Positions 1 through 9,059 of a stretch of 64,000 bases of DNA are shown here, piece by piece. Location of the stretch: positions 3,163 to 67,162 of the forward strand of contig CAZTUA010000027.1 in assembly GCA_964616545.1 (NCBI GenBank), in the 5' to 3' direction. Below the pieces are notes generated by a model, which was not told the DNA's origin, made no database searches, and saw nothing but the letters and a program-made list of their open reading frames with translations. The DNA is from an uncultured Actinomycetota bacterium (GTDB taxonomy: Bacteria; Actinomycetota; Humimicrobiia; Humimicrobiales; Humimicrobiaceae). The first letter of the stretch is position 1. Each line of letters opens with the position of its first letter. Position numbers and translations under genes: made by a program.

Positions 1-579
1 ATCCCTATCATCCCTATCAGATATAAATACAATCTTAGTCCCATCAGGTGAGATGCGGGGGTCTGTATCCGATGCCGGGTTATTTGTAAGGTTTGTCTGC
101 TCCGAGCCATCCATATTCATTACGTAAATTTCAGTATTTCCATCCCTATTAGATGCAAAGGCAATCTTAATCCCATTAGGTGAAAAGCAGGGATGCCTGT
201 CACTTGCCGGGTTATTTGTAAGCCTTTTCTGCTCCGAACCGTCTACATTCATTATGTAGATTTCTTTATTTCCATCACGATCAGATACAAAAGCAATCCT
301 AGCTCCATCCGGCGAAAAGCAGGGTTCAGAGTCATCTGCTGAGTTATCTGTGAGGCGAGTCTGCTCCGAGCCATCTATATTCATTATATAGATCTCTCTA
401 TTTCCATACTTACCAGATACAAAGGCAATCTTATCTTTTACAGCTGCTTCAGTCTTAGTAATTTCTACTTCATTTATATCAGAGGTAGAAGATTCAGCTG
501 TTTTTTTGCAACTAACACCACTTAAAATTATTGATATAGCCAGTATTACTATAAATATTATTAATAAATATTTTTTCAT
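1..579 (-). CDS. PD40/TolB-like beta-propeller repeat lipoprotein, N-terminal part (ORF continues past the left edge)
   Basis: Absent from the ORF track because no stop lies in the window. My translation from the ATG (complement of 577-579) gives [33 protein letters not shown]..., a signal peptide with a lipobox-like Cys. It is followed by at least 4 PD40-type units (IAFVSxRDGNxEIYIMNxDGSEQxRLTNNPAxDxxPxFSPDG). The frame is open to base 1. Confidence 0.8.
   Translation of the reverse strand, partial: MKKYLLIIFIVILAISIILSGVSCKKTAESSTSDINEVEITKTEAAVKDKIAFVSGKYGNREIYIMNIDGSEQTRLTDNSADDSEPCFSPDGARIAFVSDRDGNKEIYIMNVDGSEQKRLTNNPASDRHPCFSPNGIKIAFASNRDGNTEIYVMNMDGSEQTNLTNNPASDTDPRISPDGTKIVFISDRDDRD
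97..420 (-). repeat. 132-nt (44-codon) tandem periodicity of the PD40 units, visible at DNA level
   Basis: The block ctgctccga[ga]cc[ag]tc[ct]a[ct]attcat recurs at 97, 229 and 361, exactly 132 nt apart. Confidence 0.7.
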
Positions 580-965
580 TGTTAAATACTATATATAGAA
601 TCTTATTTTATATATAGTATGTTATATGTATTATATTTTTATTTCAAATTAAACATTGTAAGCGTTCGTATATTAATATTTACTGTACCAGCAAATGCTA
701 CTCTTGGGGGAAATAAGCTCATCACTACTAAGCTTATTCAGTATAAAAACTTCTTTTTAAATTTTAACTCCATAATTTTTATCCCGTCCTTTATTACCTT
801 ATGGCAGTATCACCTGAAATTAAGATTTATATTATTTTTTCCAGCATAATCTTTAGCAAGTGATATAAACATTGCTCCTTTACTCTTTTTAATTTTCCCG
901 GTAAGATAAGTATCCTTTATTGTGCTTAACAATATTCTTATCTTTTTACTCCGGTATTTTATCAA

Positions 966-1196
966 CTAAAGCAATTCGTTTAATTTCTTATATCCTGAAA
1001 GAAGCGATTTTGCCAGGTCAAGCGCAGATTTGCTGACGTTTATATTATTAACACCGGTTCCCAGCATTATTGCGATAAGCTCGGCTCCACTGAGATGCTC
1101 GCTGCCGTATTTTATAGGTTTTTCTCTTGGCCTTTCTAATTCAGGCCAGCTCTTTATTGGCAGATACTCTCCCCTTTTACTCTGACTTGCCCTCAA
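966..1196 (-). pseudogene. radC: RadC-like N-terminal fragment with no JAB/MPN domain
   Basis: LPIKSWPELERPREKPIKYGSEHLSGAELIAIMLGTGV...SALDLAKSLL matches the RadC N-terminal block. The ORF stops after 76 aa. I translated all three minus frames of 619-965 and found no JAB (HxHPSG-type) motif. Confidence 0.45.
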
Positions 1197-1340
1197 AAGA
1201 ATCCTTCTGAATGGTTTTTACAGGTATTTAATAAAATATAAATAATAATAGTACATTTACACATATATGTAATTACACTATCTTGAGAGCCTTAAATTTG
1301 GATTTATGGGAATACAATTATTTACTGCTGGATTTATGAT

Positions 1341-1372
1341 AAAAACGGAATACTTCTTTTCTTATAAGTATT
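1341..1372 (-). terminator. Candidate intrinsic terminator at the end of the glycoside operon
   Basis: The minus-strand RNA reads AAUACUU-(10 nt)-AAGUAUU followed by CCGUUUUUAU, about 25 nt after the glycerate kinase stop. The stem is only 7 bp and AU-rich. Confidence 0.4.
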
Positions 1373-1394
1373 TTTAAATAACCTTTTAAAACTT

Positions 1395-2558
1395 TTATTT
1401 CTTAATGCTTAAATAAAATGTAATCAATTCTTTTACTTTCTTTCCAAGCAGTTCTTCTGCGTTTTCAACTGCCTCTTTAAGACTTAAGGGTTTGTTTATT
1501 ATTGAAAAATTTCCATCAGTTAAATTCCGGTATTTTCTGTCTATTTCATTTCTATCTATCAGCACCGAACCGTTAATTGTTATAACCGGCTTATTATATT
1601 TTTTAGCCAGTTTTGCAACTCCGAAGGCACCTTTACCAAAAAAAGTCTGCATATCCAGAGCACCCTCACCGGTAATTACAAGGTCTGCATCTTTTATTTT
1701 ATCCTCAAGCCCTGTAGCTTCAATAATAATATCGGTACCTGGCCTGAGGTTTGCGTTTAGAAAAACGGCAAGGCCTGCACCCAGTCCCCCGGCTGCACCG
1801 GCCCCCTTTATTTTCCCTACATCCTTTCCTAATTCTTTCTTTACAACCTCTGCAAAATTAGTGAGTCCCCTGTCAAGTTCCTTAACCATCATCCCGTCAG
1901 CGCCCTTCTGAGGAGCATATACATAAGCAGCCCCATTGCTGCCAGTAAGTGGATTTGTAACATCACATGCTACGTCAAACTGGCAGAATGGAATAGATTT
2001 GTGAATATCAGATGCATCAATTTTATAAAGATTAACCAGTTCCTTTCCTCCCCGACCAAGTAATTTACCCTCTCTATTGTAGAATTTATAACCCAGAGCC
2101 TGGGCCATGCCCAGCCCTCCATCATTAGTCGCACTCCCGCCTATGCCTACTATCACCTTTTTGCATCCTATATTCAGGGCTTTCTTTATCAGTTCCCCGG
2201 TACCATAGGTTGTTGCCTCCATCGGATTCCTTTTACCCTGAGGCACCAGCACCAGCCCGGAAGCAGAAGCCATCTCAATTATGGCTGTATGCTCCTTTAT
2301 CAATCCGAACCTTGCTCTTACAGGTCTACCAAGAGGTCCTGTAACCTCTAAACTAATATATTTACCGCCATAGCTTTCTACCAGTGTACCGACTGTACCC
2401 TCTCCGCCATCAGCCATGGGACTTATAATTACTTCTATATTCCTATCAACTTCCATTATAGATTTTTTTATAGTATTACAAACCTCAATCGCAGAGAGGC
2501 TGCCTTTATATTTATCCGTAGAAACCAGGATTTTTAATTTCATATTTATAGTATTCAT
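1395..2558 (-). CDS. glxK: Glycerate kinase
   Basis: KILVSTDKYKGSLSAIEV...SPMADGGEGTV...GIGGSATNDGGLGMAQALG...ITGEGALD are typical GlxK/GarK family blocks. The true start may be the internal MKLKILV at 2543. Confidence 0.88.
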   Translation of the reverse strand: MNTINMKLKILVSTDKYKGSLSAIEVCNTIKKSIMEVDRNIEVIISPMADGGEGTVGTLVESYGGKYISLEVTGPLGRPVRARFGLIKEHTAIIEMASASGLVLVPQGKRNPMEATTYGTGELIKKALNIGCKKVIVGIGGSATNDGGLGMAQALGYKFYNREGKLLGRGGKELVNLYKIDASDIHKSIPFCQFDVACDVTNPLTGSNGAAYVYAPQKGADGMMVKELDRGLTNFAEVVKKELGKDVGKIKGAGAAGGLGAGLAVFLNANLRPGTDIIIEATGLEDKIKDADLVITGEGALDMQTFFGKGAFGVAKLAKKYNKPVITINGSVLIDRNEIDRKYRNLTDGNFSIINKPLSLKEAVENAEELLGKKVKELITFYLSIKK

Positions 2559-2578
2559 CAGACCGGCGCTAATAACAT

Positions 2579-5440
2579 TTACATAGACTTATCATTTTTA
2601 TTTAAGTATTTGTATATGTAATTATATACTCTTGCTTTTACCCTTGCATTGTTTATCTTATACCCAAGTTTTCGGATATCATCTTTTATTACCTTTCTGC
2701 GAATCAGCCTGGCTGATAATTCTGCTTCAAGAGCTTTTCTGCTTATCATTGGATCATCTTGTTTATTTTCTGATTTTAATAACATAGCTCTTTTTTCTTC
2801 CCTTAAAATATCTTCTTCTGTTATAGGCGGGACAGATTCATATTTACTGAAATCCTCTGTAACCTCTTTTCTTATAATTTCTACCGGATGGGACGGGAAA
2901 TTCTTTATATACTTCCTTTCAATTTCCAGGCGAATCGTTACAATTTGCCCGGGGTTGACAGCAATTTCTATAAGATGGTTATTATTCTTTTTGATAACTC
3001 CTTTAATTTCTTCAAGAAAGCTTGAATAGTATGCTCTTTTTATGACAGAGCTCGATTTAATCTTCCCGGCTGCTTTCTTATTAGAAGAATTATAGCATCG
3101 TAAAATTATTGCTTTTCCATCTTCAGAGCATTTAATAGAAGTCACCTTTAAGACCTGCTCTGCATCACATAACTCTATGAACCTGCAGCTTTTTTTTAAA
3201 GGACCTTTATGGGGTACAGTTTTTATTAACATTAACTCATTATTAAAAATATCTGCCTCTTGCTGTACCCTGCCCTTAAATGTGTCTCCCTCATGAACAT
3301 ACACAGCATAATCAAATACCATATGGCGCAGGCACTGCGCATCTGGAACCATTATCTCCGGTCCGGCATCGCCAATCCTGTTATTAATTTCCCTCGCAAT
3401 CCATCCGACACTCCTAAACAGCGTGATTGCAATAGTTCTTTTCTCTGGAATTACCTGATATTCTGTAAGTCCTCTGGTCAGTAATGCGATACCGCCATTC
3501 TGATCGTATAAGTCAACAAACTCTTTCATGGGGAAAATTGTACCGGGTTCCGATTCTCTTGCTCCGATAATAATTTTTTTCACTTCTTCCGGGATAGCTT
3601 TATTATTATACCCCTTAATATAAATGGGTTTTCTTACTACATCAAAGGCAGTACCTGCAAAAGAAGTTTTTGTGCTAATACCGGTAGGAAATAATATTCG
3701 CATTCGATGATCTTTTACGGTATTTTTTACCTCTGTTCTTAAGCTAATACTTGTAGAATCTGTATCTATGGTCAAATAAGTTACAACTGGCAGAGATCTT
3801 GTATTAGAGCTTCTTCTTTTACGGTCCTGTGTAAGAGCTTCCGGGACTTTAAGAATTATTTTTATTTTTACTACAACTCTGGCATTGCTTTTTTCGATAA
3901 ATTCTATTTCTGCTCTTTTCCCCCTGCTTTTGATAACATTATCCCTGTCAGGATAAGAATAATCATACTCATCTCCAGCATCACCGCTATCCTCTATAAT
4001 CCCGAGACCTTCATATACTCTTCCCGAGTTTTTATCAGTAACGTTAAATGACCCGTCACTTAAAATACTTACCTTTATTTTTTTATTTTCGATTGAATTG
4101 CCTTTAACTTTAATGCATCCATCTATTTTCTGTCCATCGTTACTGCAAAGAACTTTATATCCCAGAGGAGGTATGTTTTTAACAGGCTGGCATTTCCCAT
4201 TTATGGATACAACTTCATTCCTTTTATATACGCAGGGGTTAAAAAGAATAAATGCTTCACTGCTATTGCTTCCGGATGTATCAATTAATCCGGCAATTTT
4301 TTTTATTTTGTTTTCGATTAATTTATTTGTTGATTTTTTTACTTCCATGAAAACTTTTTCCATATTACTGCAGATATCGTCTGTGCATACTCCGGAAATA
4401 TTATCATGGGAAAAATATTTTAATAACTTTTTCCATAACATTTCCAGAATCTCTTCTTCGTACTCTCCGCCAAGTGACCATAAAATTGCTGATAAAGGCT
4501 CAGCATATCTTTCCAGTAATTTCTGACATTGATAACTCTGTAATTTAAGGTAAATTCGTGAGGACAGCACACCGGGAAAAACAGCAATAAATCTACCGCT
4601 GTAGAGAGCGCCTTTTATAACACCTAAATCCGGTTTATACCTGATTACCTCTTCTATATATTTTTCGGGATCGCTCTGAATAATTTCCATTTCATCTGTA
4701 TCCAGTTTACCGTTTTTTATATAAGGGGAATAATAATCCGGCGTTATTTCCTGATCGTAGCCATTCATCAACAAAATATTGGGAGTTGTAGCAAACGGTC
4801 TGAGTTTTTCTACTTCATCATATATTCTCTGCCTTAAAATATTTTTATGCTCTGCAAGACGCATTGCATTTCTATAACTGTCTATAAGATATACTGAAGG
4901 AAGCCTGGTGCCGTCAGGGGATTCCCATAGAAATTCCGACCTCATACTTTCAGGATTCATTTCAACTCCCCTCCATACATAAAGCCCTTTAATTCCGAAA
5001 CCCATATGTATCTGTGCTGTCTGGGATATCTGGCCGAAATTATCCATTAACCATCCTATTTTCATTACTCCCCCCAGCTCCATAGAAATCCTATTTCCAA
5101 TAATTAAATTCCTGATAAGCGTTTCACCGCTGACAAGATTCCAGTCCAGTTGAACATAATAAGGCCCAATAAAGAGCCTTTTTTCTCTAACGTATTTTTT
5201 TATTTTTTTCTTATACCCCGAAATTTCCTCTCCCTTTTTTCTTAATTCATCAAAATAGTCATCAATCATGGCAGTCTGGCCGTCCAGAACAAAAGTATAC
5301 GCTCTATCCTTTTCCATTATTTCAAAGAGTTTTTTAAAAAATTCTGGCAGCCATTCATTTGTATACTCGCTGCTTAAATACCATTCACGGTCCCAGTGGG
5401 TGTGTGAAATAATATGAACAAGTTTTTTTTCTCTTATCAA
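2579..5440 (-). CDS. GH38 alpha-mannosidase (MngB / mannosylglycerate hydrolase-like)
   Basis: The N-terminus has HIISHTHWDREWY, the GH38 active-site signature. Length is 953 aa. TTG start with GGGGAG 5 nt upstream. Confidence 0.85.
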   Translation of the reverse strand: MIREKKLVHIISHTHWDREWYLSSEYTNEWLPEFFKKLFEIMEKDRAYTFVLDGQTAMIDDYFDELRKKGEEISGYKKKIKKYVREKRLFIGPYYVQLDWNLVSGETLIRNLIIGNRISMELGGVMKIGWLMDNFGQISQTAQIHMGFGIKGLYVWRGVEMNPESMRSEFLWESPDGTRLPSVYLIDSYRNAMRLAEHKNILRQRIYDEVEKLRPFATTPNILLMNGYDQEITPDYYSPYIKNGKLDTDEMEIIQSDPEKYIEEVIRYKPDLGVIKGALYSGRFIAVFPGVLSSRIYLKLQSYQCQKLLERYAEPLSAILWSLGGEYEEEILEMLWKKLLKYFSHDNISGVCTDDICSNMEKVFMEVKKSTNKLIENKIKKIAGLIDTSGSNSSEAFILFNPCVYKRNEVVSINGKCQPVKNIPPLGYKVLCSNDGQKIDGCIKVKGNSIENKKIKVSILSDGSFNVTDKNSGRVYEGLGIIEDSGDAGDEYDYSYPDRDNVIKSRGKRAEIEFIEKSNARVVVKIKIILKVPEALTQDRKRRSSNTRSLPVVTYLTIDTDSTSISLRTEVKNTVKDHRMRILFPTGISTKTSFAGTAFDVVRKPIYIKGYNNKAIPEEVKKIIIGARESEPGTIFPMKEFVDLYDQNGGIALLTRGLTEYQVIPEKRTIAITLFRSVGWIAREINNRIGDAGPEIMVPDAQCLRHMVFDYAVYVHEGDTFKGRVQQEADIFNNELMLIKTVPHKGPLKKSCRFIELCDAEQVLKVTSIKCSEDGKAIILRCYNSSNKKAAGKIKSSSVIKRAYYSSFLEEIKGVIKKNNNHLIEIAVNPGQIVTIRLEIERKYIKNFPSHPVEIIRKEVTEDFSKYESVPPITEEDILREEKRAMLLKSENKQDDPMISRKALEAELSARLIRRKVIKDDIRKLGYKINNARVKARVYNYIYKYLNKNDKSM

Positions 5441-5476
5441 TTCTTCTCCCCTAGAAATGTCTGATTATAAATTTAT

Positions 5477-7243
5477 TTATACTTTGATAATTGCCTTCAG
5501 CCATAGAAATCCGTACGGCTCCAGAGAAATATCCAGAATACCAGATTTTATTTCTATTTCTTTTCCTGAAATGATATCCCTGAAACAGGCACATTTAATG
5601 TTAATTTCTTCCGGTTCTATTTTTATAACCTGATTTTTTTTAGATACATTATGCAGACATACAATCTTATCTGAACTGTCAATAGATATGCGGCAGACTA
5701 TAAAAACATGTTTGTTTAAAAAAATTGTTTTTTGCCCTCCATCAGGATTGAAAGCTTTCTCAGCTGCACGCCTTTTTATTAATTCTTTATAATTTGTAAA
5801 TATTTTATATCTTCGAGTATCCGGATTTTTAACTTCTTCTTCCAGATTTTTTCTTATTAATTTCTCTCTATTTATACTCCTTCTATTAATTTCCTTATTT
5901 TTCTGTAATTTCCTCTTTATTTTTGTACTGCCTGCGGAACCGAACAGACTGTGAATATAAATTCCCGGTACTCCTGCCAGGCTTAAAAGTATAGCCTGGG
6001 AACAAATAAACTTTTTTATCTTTAAATCTTCATCCTCCCCGGGATTGGATAGAGCATCAAAATAATTGATATTTAATTCATATACACTTTTTATACCATC
6101 AGCATTATCTTTATATGATAAATAACCGCCGTGTTCCTTTACTTTTTCTATCATCTCATTTATTTCTGTCCTGCTCAATATATCTATTACGGGAAGAATT
6201 CCTATACCGTCATGCGAAGCAAGAAAATTGAGAAATGTTGTTCTTTTTGGGGCTGCCTTGAGAGAATTCACCCATTTTGATAAATTAGATGCATTACCCC
6301 TGTAAAAAGCATTTAACACAAGAGGAGGCAGCGGAAACTGATATACCATATGGGCTTCGTTATAGCCATTACCAAAATAACTTATATTATTTTTATGGGC
6401 TACATTTGTTTCGGTAACCAGGATTACTCCTGGTGCTGCAATTTCTAATACATCTCTAATCAATTGAATAATCTTATGTGTCTTTTTAAGATGAATGCAT
6501 TCTGTACCAGTTTCCTTCCATAAATATCCGGCCGCATCCAGTCTTATAAATCTTGCACCTTTTTCTATATAGAATAAAAGTAACCTAATAATCCTGATGA
6601 GTACTTTTTCATTTTTATAATTAAGATCAGCCTGGTCCCTGCCAAAAGTCGTCCAGATATTTTTCTTCCCTTTAGAAGTTCTAAATTGAGTGAGTACCGA
6701 TGATGTTCGCGGTCTGGCAACTGAAGAAATGTCTGTATCATTATTAACTTCTATAAAATAATTACCGTACTGGCTTTCCCCTTTTAAATATCCTTTAAAC
6801 CATATACTCCCTGTTGAAATATGATTAATTACTGCATCAAACATAAGATTAAAATTCTCCGATATTTTTTTAATATGCTCCCATCTTCCAAGTTCGGGAT
6901 TGACTTTAAAATAATTAGTTACAGAATAACCATCGTCTGAAGAGTATGGATAAAATGGAAGAATATGTACCGAATTCACTGTGTCCTTTACATATAAATC
7001 AAGAAAATCTTTTAAACTTTCCAGCGGGTTTTTGCACTCTTCTTTAATTTGATCTCCGTAAGTTATCAGGATAATATCCTTTTCGTCTAACCATTTCCTT
7101 TTATCGCTGCATTTTGATGAATATTTAATAAAAAAATTTTCTGTAATTTTTTCTATTTTATGTAATGCCTTTTGTCCACGTTTCTTTCCGTATAAAAAAA
7201 TTAATTTACCGGCTATCTTTTGTTTTATATCTTTCATAATCAA
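5477..7243 (-). CDS. GH13_18 sucrose-phosphorylase-family sugar phosphorylase (glucosylglycerate phosphorylase-like)
   Basis: Blocks appear in family order: ILITYGDQI, VHILPFYPYSSDDGYSV, DAVINH, FIRLDAAGY (nucleophile Asp), VTETN (acid/base Glu), LASHDGIG. Confidence 0.8.
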   Translation of the reverse strand: MIMKDIKQKIAGKLIFLYGKKRGQKALHKIEKITENFFIKYSSKCSDKRKWLDEKDIILITYGDQIKEECKNPLESLKDFLDLYVKDTVNSVHILPFYPYSSDDGYSVTNYFKVNPELGRWEHIKKISENFNLMFDAVINHISTGSIWFKGYLKGESQYGNYFIEVNNDTDISSVARPRTSSVLTQFRTSKGKKNIWTTFGRDQADLNYKNEKVLIRIIRLLLFYIEKGARFIRLDAAGYLWKETGTECIHLKKTHKIIQLIRDVLEIAAPGVILVTETNVAHKNNISYFGNGYNEAHMVYQFPLPPLVLNAFYRGNASNLSKWVNSLKAAPKRTTFLNFLASHDGIGILPVIDILSRTEINEMIEKVKEHGGYLSYKDNADGIKSVYELNINYFDALSNPGEDEDLKIKKFICSQAILLSLAGVPGIYIHSLFGSAGSTKIKRKLQKNKEINRRSINREKLIRKNLEEEVKNPDTRRYKIFTNYKELIKRRAAEKAFNPDGGQKTIFLNKHVFIVCRISIDSSDKIVCLHNVSKKNQVIKIEPEEINIKCACFRDIISGKEIEIKSGILDISLEPYGFLWLKAIIKV

Positions 7244-7331
7244 TTCAGCACTAACTAATTTTATTTTACAGGATAGAATTTTAGTTTAAGAAATCTAAGT
7301 GAGTGTTTTTATGGTATTACTCCGATTTTTA

Positions 7332-7365
7332 AATCCCGGGGATGCTTTTATAACACCCCGGGATT
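7332..7365 (-). other. Perfect 10-bp GC-rich stem-loop 3' of the SBP cistron
   Basis: AATCCCGGGG (7332-7341) pairs with CCCCGGGATT (7356-7365) around a 14-nt loop. No U-tract follows on the minus strand, so it is more likely an mRNA-stabilising or processing element than a terminator. Confidence 0.5.
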
Positions 7366-7418
7366 CTAGCACTATTAAGAAGCCAGTTTTACTGTTTTTT
7401 TACAATTTCTCTGACAGA

Positions 7419-8816
7419 TTAATCTGCAAGGTTCCATTCCTTTGGCCATTCTATTTCAGACTGTAGTTTGGTTATCTCGCCTGCTGCCTCATCAACATCT
7501 CTATTTATCCCAATACTATTGGATATTATATCAGTTAGTTTACCCATAAAAGCTTCTGGCGTACCGCTCCACATTCCGGGACGATAATAGGCCGCATTAC
7601 TGAAGTGCACTGCAGATGAATCTCTCTGGTAATCAGAGAATCCTTCACTCATATCCGCATCAGTCCGCGCAGGTATAAATCCTTTAGGACCGGCAAACGC
7701 ACTCTGGGCTTCACTGCTGGCAAGAGCTTTGAGCCAGTTGACAGCATTGGTCGGATGCTTTGAGCCTTTAGGAAGAGCAAAAACATCCAGGGAAATTCCG
7801 AATATGTCTGCTGCTCCGGGAGCATAAAAAGCCCCGAAATCCTCTCCGTAAATCTTTTCTGCAACTATAAATTCTCCAGCGCCGCAGTCTCCCATAACGC
7901 TCATTGCTGCTTCACCTTTAGCAACAAGTCCCATCGCTTCATCCCATGTGAGAGCTCCGTGATCTGAATTTACATAATCCAGAATTTTATTAAGATTTGT
8001 CAGTGAGCTTATAAGACTGGGGTTGTCAGCCGAGGTAACTTTCCCGTTTATAAAGTCTTCATAATACCCGATACCCTCACTGGCTGTAAGCGTCCTGAAT
8101 ATATAAGTCAGCGGCCATGCATTCTTGTCTCCCAGAGCCACTGCATCTATTCCTTCTGCTTTCAGAGTATCACATATTCCCCAGAATTCTTCCCAGGTCC
8201 CGGGTTCTTCAAGATTGTACCTATCGAATATCTCTTTGTTGTAAAAGATAACACCGGCCTGCTGAACGCCTGCTGGAACAGCATAATAATGGCCGTCAGA
8301 CATCATACACATATCTTCCACTACATCCGGAACTGCATCTTTTACCTCTGATGTCCATACTTCGTCTATTGGTTCAAGCATATCAGCTTCCCAGTAAGAA
8401 ACCAGGCCGAATGGATAACTCTGGAATGAATCCGGAGCTTCTCCTGCCAGCATCAGTGTCTGTATGACTTCTCTCATTGATATTCCACCCCCACCGGCTA
8501 CCGGACTCTCTAATACTACAACATCCGGATAAGATTCAAGATACACGCCAACGAGTGCATCCATTGCTGCTTTTTCTGAGCCCGAAGTCCACCAGTGATA
8601 AATTTCAAGTACTCCGGCTTCTCCGGCTTCTTCCGCGGGAGCTTCTTCTTCAGCCGGTGTGGCTTCCTCTTCGGCCGGAGCAGCTTCCTCTTCAGCAACA
8701 ACAGCTTCTTTTTCAGGTGTTTCTTCTGCACACCCTGCAAGTGAAAAAGTTACTACTATAGACACAGATATTAAGATTATTAATAACTGCATCGATGTTT
8801 TTATTGATTTCTTCAT
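7419..8816 (-). CDS. CUT1-type ABC sugar-binding lipoprotein
   Basis: I moved the start to the ATG at 8816 (AGGAGG 5 nt upstream). MKKSIKTSMQLLIILISVSIVVTFSLAGC carries a lipobox. It is followed by an acidic AEEEA-rich linker and a family-1 solute-binding body. Confidence 0.85.
   Translation of the reverse strand: MKKSIKTSMQLLIILISVSIVVTFSLAGCAEETPEKEAVVAEEEAAPAEEEATPAEEEAPAEEAGEAGVLEIYHWWTSGSEKAAMDALVGVYLESYPDVVVLESPVAGGGGISMREVIQTLMLAGEAPDSFQSYPFGLVSYWEADMLEPIDEVWTSEVKDAVPDVVEDMCMMSDGHYYAVPAGVQQAGVIFYNKEIFDRYNLEEPGTWEEFWGICDTLKAEGIDAVALGDKNAWPLTYIFRTLTASEGIGYYEDFINGKVTSADNPSLISSLTNLNKILDYVNSDHGALTWDEAMGLVAKGEAAMSVMGDCGAGEFIVAEKIYGEDFGAFYAPGAADIFGISLDVFALPKGSKHPTNAVNWLKALASSEAQSAFAGPKGFIPARTDADMSEGFSDYQRDSSAVHFSNAAYYRPGMWSGTPEAFMGKLTDIISNSIGINRDVDEAAGEITKLQSEIEWPKEWNLAD
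8641..8724 (-). repeat. 21-nt imperfect tandem repeat (about 4 units) encoding the (A/T)PAEEEA linker
   Basis: Units are gcttcttcttcagccggtgtg / gcttcctcttcggccggagca / gcttcctcttcagcaacaaca / gcttctttttcaggtgtttct. Confidence 0.75.
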
Positions 8817-8863
8817 CTTGTCCTCCTGTTCAGGTTTTTCCACAATTATGATAAAATAGCGCG

Positions 8864-8912
8864 GAGATTTGTTTTAGAAATGGCGCGGTGGCTAAATTTC
8901 AAAACAAATCTC
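8864..8912 (-). other. Long (12+5 bp) stem-loop in the leader of the SBP gene, downstream of the CN-hydrolase
   Basis: GAGATTTGTTTT (8864-8875) pairs perfectly with AAAACAAATCTC (8901-8912). A further GAAAT/ATTTC extension follows a 1-nt bulge. The loop is 14 nt. On the minus strand it is followed by CGCGCUAUUUUAU. Confidence 0.5.
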
Positions 8913-9059
8913 ATTTTATTCTATTTATAAGATCACCCCCTTACCTGTCGCTCTTGTAACAATTATTTATATTGATATTTACTTCTGGCACTAATTTTCC
9001 AAAAGTAAGATTCCTGCCAGTATTTATATTTTCAAAGGGCAAATTAAAAAATAATTAAT

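Noticed and set aside
619-849. A 76-aa plus-strand ORF in the spacer left of the RadC fragment.
   Set aside because: The translation is extremely AT-biased and low in complexity (MLYVLYFYFKLNIV...). There is no SD and no recognisable domain. It is more likely non-coding or a decayed radC flank.
8477-8859. Three overlapping ORFs (8477-8761 +, 8516-8740 -, 8659-8859 +) with K/L/Q/S-rich repeats.
   Set aside because: They are alternative-frame readings of the 21-nt tandem repeat that encodes the SBP acidic linker. The SBP frame is the only one with a signal peptide, a lipobox and a family-typical body.
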